Assembly (NCBI RefSeq): GCF_001194135.2
Contig: NC_068991.1
Coordinates: forward strand, 59,928,402 to 59,992,401
Direction: 5' to 3'
From: Octopus bimaculoides
Lineage: Eukaryota
DNA length: 64,000 bases
The notes below the pieces were generated by a model. It ran no database searches, was not told the DNA's origin, and worked only from the letters and a program-made list of their open reading frames with translations. Position 1 is the first letter of the stretch. Each line of letters begins with the position of its first letter. The position numbers were made by a program, and so were the translations under genes. Below are positions 47,692-60,055 of the stretch, in pieces.

Positions 47692-49877
47692 ATCTGTTTG
47701 TGTGTCTGTGTTTGTCACCCCAACATCACTTGACAACCGATGTTGGTGTGCCTGTCCCTGTAACTTAGCAGTTCGGCAAAATAGACCGATAGTCTTTGTA
47801 AGCTTAGTACTTATTCTAAGTCCTGGGATCAATTTGTCCAACTAAAGGCAGTGCTCCAGCATGACCACAAACAAACGACCAAAACAAGTAAAACAATACA
47901 AGAATATCTATGTATATATATGCTAACACACACATATATATATATATATATGTATGTGGAGGGAGCTGACTCTTTGGCTTGACATTGCATGGTAGTTGTA
48001 AATGAAGGTTTCTGTCATGCAAGTAGTGAACTCTGAAAAACATGTCTGGCCATAGGGAAATATTACCTTACTTGGAAACAGGTGAGGGTTGGCAAGAGGA
48101 AGAGCATGTAGCCTTAGAAAATGGCAACAAGTGCCAGGAGCCCAGTAGCATTTATATGAAGATACCTTTCCTTAGACGAGCAGCTACTAAAGGGCTGAAG
48201 GGCCACATCTGTCCTGCATTTGTTGAGGTGTCTTTGAGCGACTGTTTTCCAGAGGCATTTCTGTGACATGCTAATTAAACCCATGACCCTGACAGGTGCT
48301 ATTACTCTAAGTCAGGGTAGACCTAGTGGCTACGGAGTGGTTCCATGCTCATCAAAACAATGGAACCCCTGAAACAGGGCCCCACTACCAGATATCACTT
48401 GAAGTCATACCCTGGTTATTCTGTGGTTAAATAAATGATGACAACAACAACAACATTAATTTAAAAATATATCATTTAAATTGAATGTTTTTATTAATTT
48501 TTATAATTTTTGGTGTAAGATGAATGTTTTAAACTTAAACAAAAAAACTATGCTGATTTTTTTTTTAAGTAAAATAAAAAATATATAAAAAATAAAATCA
48601 ATAAAAAGGTAAATAAATAACATTTTTGTGTTTTGAGATGTTAGCTACATTTCTCATGTTTACACATCATATGAGTAAACTAAATGTCAGCTGATAAGCC
48701 TTAACATACTTCTGTAATCTCAAAACTGCTGCTGCCCTCTTACTTTTTTTTGTTTTTGTCCTATCCCTACCCCATCAATGTGCTTGTTTAGCATAGTTCT
48801 AAGTACATTGCCTTTTTTATTTTGTGGTTCTGCTGCTGTTGGAGTCATCTTGTTATATTCACTGATTAAAACATTCACAGAGGCATAATCATATTAGCAG
48901 AAGCCCTGAGTTGTTATCTGGAAGTTGAGTGGATAGGTCGAGGTAGATGGGAAGTAGTGATTTCTTTAAGGATTGAGTGCGAAAGAGGAATAAAATAATC
49001 CTCTTCAGGGAGGTGTCTTTCTCTCTCTCTCTCTCTCTCTCAACAAGGCATAGGGAAGTTACTCTGAAGAGACTATACGTAGAACATACCATCTATACTA
49101 ATTGTACAATGATCTGTGGGTCTCGCTGTAGTAAGGAAAATAAAAATGTATTTCAGTGTGTTAATTTAAAGAATACAAATAAGAGGATTGCAGATTTAAA
49201 ACTGTAATAAAACAGACTGACGAGTGCAAATGTAACTGCACCAAATGTACAGTCAGCTTTCACTTGCATGTGGGTATAGCTCGGTAACATGTACCATGTT
49301 AGTTTTCAGGTGTCTTATGTTGTTGCAAGCAAACAGAGGCACCCTACTGACTGTATCTCACTTCAGATCCAGATCTGGTGGAACATCTACGACGTGATGT
49401 CTGATGGCAGGAAAAAGGCTGCACCTGCTGTAACCAGCTGAGAAGACTGAGGGAATATGAAATGAGTCTTGCTCAAGACACGGAAAGTGTCACCTGGTCC
49501 TTACGTCAATGAGCTGACTGCTCTAGCCATTGAGTCCTGTCCCTTTTATATACACAATATATTATTACATCGCTATATTTCATATAATTGTCTCATTTAT
49601 AAGAAATATAAAGATGCCGTCAATCTGAAAAAACGAAAAGTGTTGGGCGGGGGTGGTGGTGACCATAACATCTTGGCTGGTATGAAGTAGAAAAATAATC
49701 ATAACAAATGTAAATTACAGAACAATTCAGAGAGCTTCCTTCTAAGCCTTACAAAGCCCATTTTGGGCCCCAAGAAATCTGGTTAGTTACTAATTACTTC
49801 CCTTGGAAACCTGATTGCATTGCTGATCTGGGAGAGCACAACCTTATTTAACGAATCCAAGTACCGTGTAGAATTCT

Positions 49878-49963
49878 TCAGCTTGTCTCCATTGCAGTTT
49901 CTTCATCTTCTGTCAAAGAATCAGAGTCAATGACAAATTCCCATAATTCCTTCAGAGCAGAGA
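49878..49963 (-). CDS. Unidentified minus-strand gene, terminal exon F (VSALKELWEFVIDSDSLTEDEETAMETS*)
   Basis: Strong acceptor tttgctttcacctctctcttcag|TC, phase 1, compatible with exon E. Acidic C-terminus ending at TGA. Exons A-F total 816 nt = 271 aa + stop. Confidence 0.7.
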
Positions 49964-52130
49964 CTGAAGAGAGAGGTGAAAGCAAATACATTCATTAACT
50001 AAAACATAGACAAAAGAAAACATGGGAATGATCCAAATATAGAAAATGTTGTATTAGTGGGGGTCTATATTACTGGAGAAAGACTAAGATGTAGTATTAT
50101 TGGAAGTTTGGCGAAGGCGAATGAAATATAGAATAAAATATGTATTAGTGTAATTTTGATTCTTTTCAGAACATACAGGCATTCTCTGTACAGTCATACT
50201 GCCTACCTCCCTTAGCCAAGAGGTCCTTGTCTTGCTGGTGCGACATAAAAGCACCTGGGCCAATGCCATGGTAAAACCACCCAGTATACTCTGTAAAGTG
50301 GTTGGCATTAGGAAGGGGCATCCAGCTGCAGAAACCATGCCAAAACTGGAGCTTGGGCAGCTCTCCAGTTTGTCAGCTCCTGTTAAACTGTTTAACCCAT
50401 GCAAGCAGAGAAAAGGGAGATTAAATGATGATGATAGATTTATTAGGATTTAATAGAGGTAGACATGGCTGTATGGTTATGACGCTTGCTTCCCAATCAC
50501 ATGGTTGTGGGTTCAGTCCCACTGAGCAGTACCATGGGTGTCTTCTACTATAGTCCTGGGCTGTGAGTGGATTTAGTAAATGAAAACTAAAAGAAGCCTG
50601 TTGTGTGTGTGTACATTTTTTTTGGATATCATGTGGTGATTGTAAATAAGCATCTTCATTATCACATATGCGAGGTTTGTTCCCAGTCTAGCCATGTTTT
50701 CCATGTTAACTTGCTTGGAAATGGGTGAGGGTCAGTAACAGGAAGGGCATCTGCCTCAACAAATTCCGTCAGGCCCATGGAAACAAGGAAAAGTGATGTT
50801 AAATGATGTTGAGCTTAGACAAGCTGCAAGGCTGGATACAATATGATATAGAAATATTTCTTTAACACTTTAGCATTCAGCATACTTTGTCAAATGTAAT
50901 GCTTATATATATATATTCACATTATTTGGAATTAATCACATCATGTAGCTTCAAAATTTTGATGATGTGATTGTTTATTTTCAGAACGACATTGTTGGGT
51001 AGGTGTGAGAAGCTGGATCTGGCCAGTTTGAGCATAAAGCAGGAAAACTATATGGGCTGGATGTGACAGATTTAAAAACTCAAGGGTTAAACACAAAGCC
51101 ATGGCATCTTGGGCAGGGTCTTCTATGGTGGTTTTAGGTCAAACAAAGCCTTATGATTGAGTTTGGTAGACAGAAGTTGAAAGAAGCCTATCATACATAT
51201 GTACACGTGTTTGTGTCTTCTTGTCATGACATTGTGTAATAGTTGTAACCAAGCAGCACCATAACACAAGTAATGTTGATTTCCAATCTTTCATGAAAAT
51301 GAGACAGCCATGAGGAAATATTTTGCTTTGAACAGGTGAGAGTTAGCAACAGGAAGGGTATCCAACTGTAGAACATCTGCCTCACTGAATTCTGTCTGAC
51401 CCAGGTAAGCACATAAGATTGGATATCAAAATAATGATGATAATAATAATGAAACACACAAACTATCATTAGAGCTGATTACTTTAACTTCTGTATCCCT
51501 GGATTTGTTATATATTTTACCATTTTCAGAACAAGGATAGGTTGAGTTCACCGTGACTTATGCTGACATTAGTAATCTAAAATTCTTTTAGGTAGCATAA
51601 GTGTTACAATTATATTCAGGAACCAAGGCTAACAAGACTTTACTTCACTGTATTTGTCAGTAACACACACAAGTACATAGGAGAACTATTTTAGCTTTTT
51701 CAGTACCATATTTCTGTTGAAATGAACCTTCCAAATAATTTAGATAAATAATGAAGAATTTAGTAAAATAATTTAGTCGTTATTAAGTTGGTGTTTGGAA
51801 CATAATTTAACATGAAATTTTAATGGAAAGCTTTAATTTAGATCATTTAACCCTTTCATTATCATATCTTTTTTAAATATACTGCCTTTGTTTCAGCTAA
51901 TTTTGAAAAATAAAGAAGAATTCAGTAAGTCACTATTAAGCTAATTTAACAAAAGTCCAATGGAAATTTTAAAATTTAAATTACTTCAAAACAAGAAGTT
52001 TCTATCAGAAGGTGAAAGGTAATCTCAGGCAGATTGATATCAAACAGTCACATTCATTGTTGACTAACACATTTAATAACATCTACAATTATAGAAAAGC
52101 TGTTAGTTGATAAATACTGAATCTCTTTAC

Positions 52131-52446
52131 CTTCAATTTTCCACTGGCTTTCTTCATTCATTTCCACTAGGTGTTGTAAATGACTGATCAAAATCGTGTA
52201 TTTGTGCAACACGTCACGTACAAAAAAATTTTGTTCTTTCTGGCTAATGGTGTAAAGCAGTAAGGCCCCTTCATAAAGGACATATTCACAAGTGCAGTCC
52301 TTAACATTTGGTTTCTCCTTGTTACTATCCATGCAGTTGTTGCAAATCATTTCTCTTCCATCAAGCTTTGTACTTTGTGCTTTCTTGCAGTGACATTGGT
52401 GTTGCTCAAGGATGTGGTACAGAATGTGGACACAACATTTCACACA
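52131..52446 (-). CDS. Unidentified minus-strand gene, exon E (CVKCCVHILYHILEQHQCHC...HLVEMNEESQWKIE)
   Basis: Acceptor gtttctattcccag|TGT. 105 open codons. Donor GAAG|GTAAAG at 52130, phase 1. Reading through the donor gives a stop at 52054-52056. Confidence 0.75.
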
Positions 52447-53995
52447 CTGGGAATAGAAACAGCAGTTGAACAGTAAGGAATGACATGTAATTACTGAGAT
52501 TTCCACCTGCCCCTGTATGTATGTGTGTGTGTCTATTAATGTTTGTTAATACATAGGTGCAGGTATGGCTGTGAGGTAAGAAGTTTGTTTCTCAATCACA
52601 TGGTTCTGGGTTCAGTCCTGCTGCATGGAACCTTGGGCACGTGTCTTCTACTACAGTCCTAGGCTGACCAGAGCCTTCTGAGTGGATTTGGTGTTTGTGT
52701 GTGTCTCTCCTTGTCCTGACATGGTGTAATAGATGTGAATGAGTATCATACAAGCAATGTCATTCATTTCTAATTATCTGTAAGAACATATCTGGCCATG
52801 GGGGAAATATTACCTAGCATGGAAACAGGTAGAGATTGGTAACAGGAAGGGCATTGGACCATAGAAAAATCTGCCTCAATAAACTCTGTCTGACCCATGC
52901 AAGTGTGGAAAAGTGGACGTTAAAATAATGATCATGATATCTAGTTTAAAATGTGTGAAATGTATTATAGTGAAACAAATTTGTGAACAGGAATGGCTAT
53001 GTGGATACAGAGTTTGCTTTGTAACTGCATGGTCTCAAGTTCTATCTGAAATACAACTTTGAATACATCTGTGACACATTTTTAGTAATTTCCTTCCCAT
53101 CCCTACCTTTTATTGTAGTTAATCATCAGAAAACCAGAAATCTCTTTTCTGCTACAATATGATAAGCTGTCAGTCAATAGGAAATCCACAATGTGATTGT
53201 TTAACTTGTTAGAAATAGTAGCCAAATTTTCTTCAAATCATGCCTTACTCTCTAATAAAAAGGAAAGAGTTAGATACACTAAGCCTGACAACTAGAGGAT
53301 AGTCATGAGTGAACAGTTACGAGTATTGGATTGTTGAACCAGGACTGGTATGGAATTAACTCCTCTTGTTACCATGTTTCTGTTGAAATATACTGCTTTT
53401 GCTTCAATTAGTTTAGAAAATAATGAAGCATAAAGTAAAATCACTTTGTCATTGTCAAGCTGATGTTTGGAACATAACACGAAATTTTGATGGAAGGTTT
53501 TAATTTAGATCACTTTAAGACAGGAAGTTTGTGTCATAGCACAAGATGCTGTTTTGGACAGATTAGTATCAGAAGGGTTAAGCAAGAACAGGAAAAACTG
53601 CAAGTGACATACATCAACTGTCTGAATCTCTTTCCCAACATGTCCTCCAAATACCCTCAACCTGTGCCCAATCACTACACCCCCTCCATCTATCACTCTC
53701 CTTTTACAATCTCATGAACTCACCCACACATCGTCTCCAATCCCTGGCCCACTCACCGTCCCCACCAACTTCTCTCACTACTTGAAGTGGCAATGTTCTT
53801 CCACATAATACAAGACACCTTTTTCTGTCCCTTAATACTACCCCCTGCTCTCAATTGAGGGGTTTTAATCTGAGACGTTATTCAGTGACCTCACTGCTGC
53901 TGGTACCATATAAAAAGTACCCAGTACACTCTGTAAAGTGGTTGGCATTAGGAAGGGCATCCAGTCATAGAAACCATGAAAGAAACAGACATTAA

Positions 53996-54222
53996 CCCTT
54001 TAGTGTTCAGATTACACTGTTAAATGTAATGTTTATTTATTCCCATTGTTTTTAATCAATCATGCATTATCTTATAGCTTTGAGAATTTGATGATGTGAT
54101 GATTAGAATTTGATGACATGTTTATTTTGAGGATGTCATTGTAGGATAGGAATGAGAGTCCAGATCTGGATGGTTTGAACAAAACAGGTAGAATACTTGG
54201 GCCGGATATGGCCAGTTTAAAT
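53996..54222 (+). mobile_element. piggyBac-like MITE (family B), right end disrupted by a SINE
   Basis: Begins TTAA|CCCTTTAG. Shares the gcattatcttgtagctttgag...aaacaggtagaatatttgggc body with copies at ~1-108, ~15481-15676, ~37115-37325, ~39423-39640, ~50862-51090 and ~60080-60271. Confidence 0.7.
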
Positions 54223-54442
54223 AATCCTTTCTACTATAGGTACAAGGCCTAGATTTTGTGGGGAGGGGGACAGTCAATCACATCGAACGCCAGCAATGAA
54301 TTGGTACTTAATTTATCAACCATGAAAGAATGAAAGGCAAAGTCGACCTTGACGGAATTTGAACTCAGAATGTAGTGACAAGTGAAGTGTGGCTAAGCAT
54401 TTTGCCTAGCATGCTAACAACTCTGCCAGCTCACTGCCTTCA
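54223..54442 (-). mobile_element. tRNA-derived SINE family 2 with 12-bp TSD
   Basis: GCCAGTTTAAAT is duplicated at 54211-54222 and 54443-54454. The body contains gtcgactttgcctttca. Confidence 0.75.
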
Positions 54443-54997
54443 GCCAGTTTAAATAATGATGATGATGAATACTTTAATACACACCTCAAGACATCCTAAA
54501 TACTATGAGTATTTAAACACATGGTATACCCCTAGAGGCAAAGTGGAGAGTGATCAACTATCATAGGGGATACAATCCCTTCTAAATTACATTCAGTTGA
54601 CACAAGTTTGAAAGTTTGAAGTTTAAGTCAAAGAGTAAAAGAGAAAGAAAAAAAGCAGACTTAATTAGCACTGGTGCCACACAAAAAGTACCCAGTCCAC
54701 TCTGTAAAGTAGTTGGCATTAGGGAGGGCACCCAGCTGTAAAAACCATACCAATGTAAACAGTGGAGCTGGCACAGTCCCCAGGCTTACCAGCTTCTGTC
54801 AAGCCATCCAACCCATGCCTGCAGGAAAGACAGATGTTACTATATAGTCTGATGTATCCTTCCATTATTAAGGTGTTAAGATGTGATTTGATGGAGATTT
54901 AGTAGTTGTTTCTAGCAAGTTGTGCAACCACTTAGTGGTTCCCTTCTCGACATTTTGGGTAGTAAGACCACAAAAGAAAAAAAAAAACCTATCTTAC

Positions 54998-55084
54998 CTC
55001 CATGTTACATGGACATTGAGATTCAACAAGACAAGATGCCCCCAATGGCTGTTGTGAACACAATGTAGTTAAAATTTCTATCAC
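54998..55084 (-). CDS. Unidentified minus-strand gene, exon D (VIEILTTLCSQQPLGASCLVESQCPCNME)
   Basis: Acceptor ttttttcttctttctgcag|GTG, donor GAG|GTAAGA. Phase 0 to 0. Confidence 0.78.
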
Positions 55085-57410
55085 CTGCAGAAGAAAGAAG
55101 AAAAAACAACACATATTTTGGCACAGGTATGGTTGTGTGGTTAAGACGCTTACTTTGCAATCATGTAATTTTGGGATCAGTCCCACTGCATAGAACCCTG
55201 GGCAAATATCTTCTACCATAGCACTGGGTCAACTATTGCCTTACCAGTGAATTGGGTAGATGGAAACTGTGTGGAAGCCCCTTGTGTGTGTATGAATGCA
55301 TGTTTTTGCACATGGCTTAGTGGTTAGGGAGGGCATTTGGTTCATGATCCTAAGGTCTGAGTTTGACTCCTTGCAGTGCATTGTGACCTTGAGCAAGACA
55401 CTTTATTTTACATTGCTCCAGTCCACTCAGCTGGCGAAAATGAGTAGTACCTGTATTTCAAAGGGGCAGCCTTGTCACATTCTGTGTCAAGCTGAATCTC
55501 CCTGAGAACTACATTAAGGGTATGTGTGACTGTGGAGTGCTCAGCCGCTTTCACATCAATTTTAATGAGCAGGCTGTTCTGTTGACTGGATCAACTGGAA
55601 CATTCAACTGTCATAACCAGTGGAGAGCCAGGCCCCTACAACCACTTGACAACCAGTGTAGGTTTGTTCACATCCCTGTAACTTAGCAGTTCAGCATAAG
55701 AGACCAACAGAATAAATACAAGACTTAAAAAAAAAAATTCTAATATTGACTAGTTCAACTAAACCCTTAAAAGGCAGTGCACCAGCATGGCCACAGTCCA
55801 ATGACTGAAACAAGTTAGAAGATAAAGATTCATTAAGAATGGGTTGAGGTATTACAATTTGCCTCAAATGTTAAGAAAATTCTTCAGGGCTCGGGAATCT
55901 AGCACAAGATGAGGGAAGAGAGGTGTGTCTGTGCAGAGAAGGAACAATGAAACATGAATTTACAAATTCATAGGTCATGATTACACTGTATAGTAACATT
56001 AATTAAAATGCATTGATGCAATAATTAGCCAGGTAATAGGTGTAGATGTAACTGTGTGCATGAGAAGGATGCTTCCAAATTATGCGGTCTCATGTTCAGT
56101 CCCACTGTTCAGCACCTTGAGCAAATGTCTTCTGCTCTATCCTTGGACTGACCAAAACTTTGTGAGTGGATTTGGTAGATGGAAACTAAAAGGATCCCAT
56201 CATGCATCTGTGTGTGTGTGAGAGAGAGAGAGAGAGAGGCTGCCCAATGATTGGAATTGACGTAGTTATATGTAATTCTTAATTACATTTGTTGCAACAC
56301 TACATGGAATACACATTTCATGAATATAAATGAATCCATCATCATCATCATTGTTTAACATCTGTTTTCCATACTGGTTAGGGCTGGATGGTTTGACAGG
56401 AGCTGGTAAGCTGGAGAGCTGTACCAGGCTCAAATTGTCAGTTTTAGCATTATTTCTATGGTTGGATGCCCTTCCTAATGCCAACTGCTTTATAGTGTGT
56501 ACCAGGTGCTTCTGGAATTTCAGTTTGTATGGATAGATTATTCTTTAAGATAAACAATATACAGATATACACTATGTTAGCTGGTTTTATATGTATGTAT
56601 TTATGTGTGTGTACTGTTGTCTACACATCATGTGATGGCTATAAATGAGCCTCGTCATACAAGCAATATCTTTTTCCAGTGTTCCATGGAAAACATGTTT
56701 AGTCATGAGAAATATTACCTTATTTTGAAACAGGTGAAGGATGGTGATACAAAGGACATCCAACTATAGAAAATCTGCCTCAACAAATTTCATCTGACTC
56801 ATGCAAGCATGGAAAAGTGGATGTTAAATGATGAAAATGAAGATGATGTAATCATGGTGCTTGAAATAGCCTTAGGGATGCAATAATATTTCATTTCTGT
56901 CTCGGGCTTAAGGAGAAAATTATTTTCTCAAATGGACTTTTAGATAATGTTAACAGGGATCAGTTTCAAATTTTAATATTGATGAGGAGTGCAGCACTCT
57001 TGCTTAACATGGTCACTAAACATGCTAGAAATAGCAGTGAAACTATGAGTCAGGGAAGTCACTCGATCTGCAAGAAATAACAGCACATGACCAGCCATAT
57101 CCATTTCACCAGTCTCCTCTTACTCCTTAATAATAATTTTTTAAAAATCAATATTGCTGCTACTGCCATCATCTTCTTCATCACCATTTTAATGTTTGCT
57201 TTTGATCTATGGCATGGGTTGGGTAGGTCATTTTGAGGCAGTATTTTATGGCAGGATGCTCTTCCAGATGCCAACTCTTATATTTTATGACACAAAGGAA
57301 AAAAAGGGGAAACCAATTAGGAGACAAGATGGAAGAACAAAACATGAAAATAAGGGAAAAACCTATTTTGAATATGCAAGGTGCATTTGTAAAACTAGGT
57401 ATTAACTCAC

Positions 57411-57502
57411 AGTATGGTACAGCTGCATGGGAATCTTACATTCGGCTGAATCTCTCAATAGTTGGTAACTCATGTTGTATATGGTTGATAGGAGGCATTC
57501 AT
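57411..57502 (-). CDS. Unidentified minus-strand gene, exon C (ECLLSTIYNMSYQLLRDSAECKIPMQLYHT)
   Basis: Acceptor cttttctgtttccag|AT, donor ACT|GTGAGT. Phase 1 to 0. Confidence 0.78.
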
Positions 57503-57928
57503 CTGGAAACAGAAAAGTTGTATAGAGTTAAGTCAGCCATTGTCAGAGTCAGTCAGTCAGCTGCCATCGCTGTCCATTTTCCATGTTTGCATGGGTTGGA
57601 CAAAGTTCACTGAAGCAGATTTTCTGTGGCTGGATACCCTTCCTGTCACTAACCCTTACCTGTTTCCAAGCAAAGTAATATGTTCCCTATGGTCAGATAA
57701 ATTTCTGCTGAATAAAGCACTCAGTCCACTCTGTGGGGTGGTTGGTGTTAGGAAGGGCAACCAACCATAAAAACCATGCTAAAACAGACACTGAAGTGTG
57801 GTGCAATCTTCTACAGCTCATGTCAAACTGGCCAACCCATGCCAGCATGGAAAGCAGACGTTAAATGATGATAATGATGAATAAACACTGCTTGTATGAC
57901 TGACAATCACTTACAAGTATTACACAAT

Positions 57929-58126
57929 CTTTTCTACCCTAGGTACAAGGCCTGAAATTTTTTTTTAGATCGACCCCAGTATGCAACTGGTACTTAATTT
58001 ATCAACCCCAAAAGGATGAAAAGCAAAGTTGACTTCAGCAGAAGTTGAACTTGGAACGTAAAGACAGACGAAATACCGCTAAGCATTTTGCCCGGCATGC
58101 TAACGTTTCTGCCAGCTCGCTGCCTT
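57929..58126 (-). mobile_element. tRNA-derived SINE family 2 with perfect 14-bp TSD
   Basis: AAGTATTACACAAT occurs at 57915-57928 and 58127-58140. Other copies at ~31535-31700, ~17010-17215, ~17440-17650 and ~36855-37115. Confidence 0.8.
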
Positions 58127-58440
58127 AAGTATTACACAATGTCAGGATAAGGAAACACTGAGACACATATGCATGCACACACACAAACACACATATATGA
58201 TGAGCTTCTTTTAATTTCCATCAATCAAATTCATTCACAAGGCTTTGGTTGGCCCAGTATTGTATAATAGAAGACCTTGCTCAAAAGTGCCGTGCTGTGT
58301 GACTGAACCCAAGACCACATGGTTGGGAAGCAAGCTTCTTGCCCACACAGCCACACTTGCACCTCCACCCAATACAAACAGTGATTAAATAGCAAAAAAG
58401 GGGAGCATGACAACAAGGGACAAAAAACAAATAAACATAC

Positions 58441-58589
58441 CGGTATTGTTGTTGGAGCACACTTGACTGATAATCTGTTGTGAATGACAGAGGTTGAGGA
58501 AAAGTTGCAACCCAGCTAGTTGTACCTCAAAGCATTGTTCATAGACCAAACAGTTTTTAATAATCCCACTGGAAACAGCTGGAAGAAAC
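58441..58589 (-). CDS. Unidentified minus-strand gene, exon B (FLPAVSSGIIKNCLVYEQCFEVQLAGLQLFLNLCHSQQIISQVCSNNNT)
   Basis: Acceptor ttacttgctttctcag|G, donor G|GTATGT. Phase 2 to 1. Confidence 0.78.
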
Positions 58590-58628
58590 CTGAGAAAGCA
58601 AGTAACCAAATATAGAAAAATGAAGAAT

Positions 58629-58659
<31 letters not shown>

Positions 58660-58699
58660 GGGCTGAGGACTTGATGGGGGTACTTGGGTTGGAGGAATC

Positions 58700-58930
58700 G
58701 GTGGAACAGCTTCAAAACAACTGCCCCTGAGGTTCTCCTTCAGTTTGGGGAACAACCAAGAGTCACAGGGAGCAATGCTGGACTGTAGGGAGGGTGAGGG
58801 ATAGTTTTAATGTCCATCTCTGTTGAGTGACTGATTACCAGGAAGCGAGTCATTGAGCATCATAGGAACATACTTTGCACAAATTTTATGCATGTTCAGA
58901 TCTTCATGAATAATTCTGTGTTCTTAATAC
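58700..58930 (-). pseudogene. Mariner transposase relic (intronic)
   Basis: Frameshifted peptides HRIIHEDLNMHKICAKYVPMML (WVPHEL-like) and HPPYSP.IAPCDSWLFPKLKENLRGSCF (YSPDLAP.D motif). Confidence 0.75.
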
Positions 58931-58986
58931 AGTCCATATATTGTGAAGTATACTTAAAAATACACTTTATAAGAAAATTTAACTTT

Positions 58987-60055
58987 CATCATCATCATCA
59001 TCATCGTTTAACGTCCGCTCTCCATGCTAGCATGGGTTGGACGATTTGACTGAGGACTGGTGAAACCGGATGGCAACACCAGGCTCCAGTCTGATTTGGC
59101 AGAGTTTCTACAGCTGGATGCCCTTCCTAACGCCAACCACTCAGAGAGTGTAGTGGGTGCTTTTACGTGTCACCCGCACGAAAACGGCCACGCTCGAAAT
59201 GGTGTCTTTNNNNNNNNNNNNNNNNNNNNNNNNNNNNNNNNNNNNNNNNNNNNNNNNNNNNNNNNNNNNNNNNNNNNNNNNNNNNNNNNNNNNNNNNNNN
59301 NNNNNNNNNNNNNNNNNNNNNNNNNNNNNNNNNNNNNNNNNNNNNNNNNNNNNNNNNNNNNNNNNNNNNNNNNNNNNNNNNNNNNNNNNNNNNNNNNNNN
59401 NNNNNNNNNNNNNNNNNNNNNNNNNNNNNNNNNNNNNNNNNNNNNNNNNNNNNNNNNNNNNNNNNNNNNNNNNNNNNNNNNNNNNNNNNNNNNNNNNNNN
59501 NNNNNNNNNNNNNNNNNNNNNNNNNNNNNNNNNNNNNNNNNNNNNNNNNNNNNNNNNNNNNNNNNNNNNNNNNNNNNNNNNNNNNNNNNNNNNNNNNNNN
59601 NNNNNNNNNNNNNNNNNNNNNNNNNNNNNNNNNNNNNNNNNNNNNNNNNNNNNNNNNNNNNNNNNNNNNNNNNNNNNNNNNNNNNNNNNNNNNNNNNNNN
59701 NNNNNNNNNNNNNNNNNNTGTCCTCAGCAGTTACAGCCCATGTTTCACTGCCATGTAGCATGGTTGTTCGTACGCATGCGTCATACAGTCTGCCTTTTAC
59801 TCTGAGTGAGAGTCCCTTTGTCGCCAGCAGGGGTAAGAGCTCTCTAAACTTTGCCCAGGCTATTCTTATTCTAGCAGCTACACTTTCAGCGCACCCACCC
59901 CCACTACTAACTTGGTCGCCCAGATAGCGGAAGCTATCGACTACCTCTAGTTTTTCACCCTGGAATGAGATAGAAGTTGTTTCCTGTTTGTTTACAGTCT
60001 TTATTGCACCTGAACATCTGCCACAAACAAAAACTAACTTGCTAGTTAACCTGCC
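58987..60055 (-). mobile_element. 5'-truncated RTE-clade LINE (young), with an internal gap
   Basis: Stop-free 112 codons GRLTSKLVFVCGRC...EVVDSFRYLG...RIAWAKFRELLPLL...LYDACVRTTMLHGSETW, typical of the RTE RT C-terminus. The 3' end finishes in (GAT)n at 58987. The same 3' tail recurs dozens of times in the window. Confidence 0.85.

Noticed and set aside
59049-59066. CTGAGGA-ctggt-GAAAC in the RTE 3' tail resembling a hammerhead core
   Set aside because: The 5 nt between the core motifs cannot form stem II, and no stem I/III partners were found.
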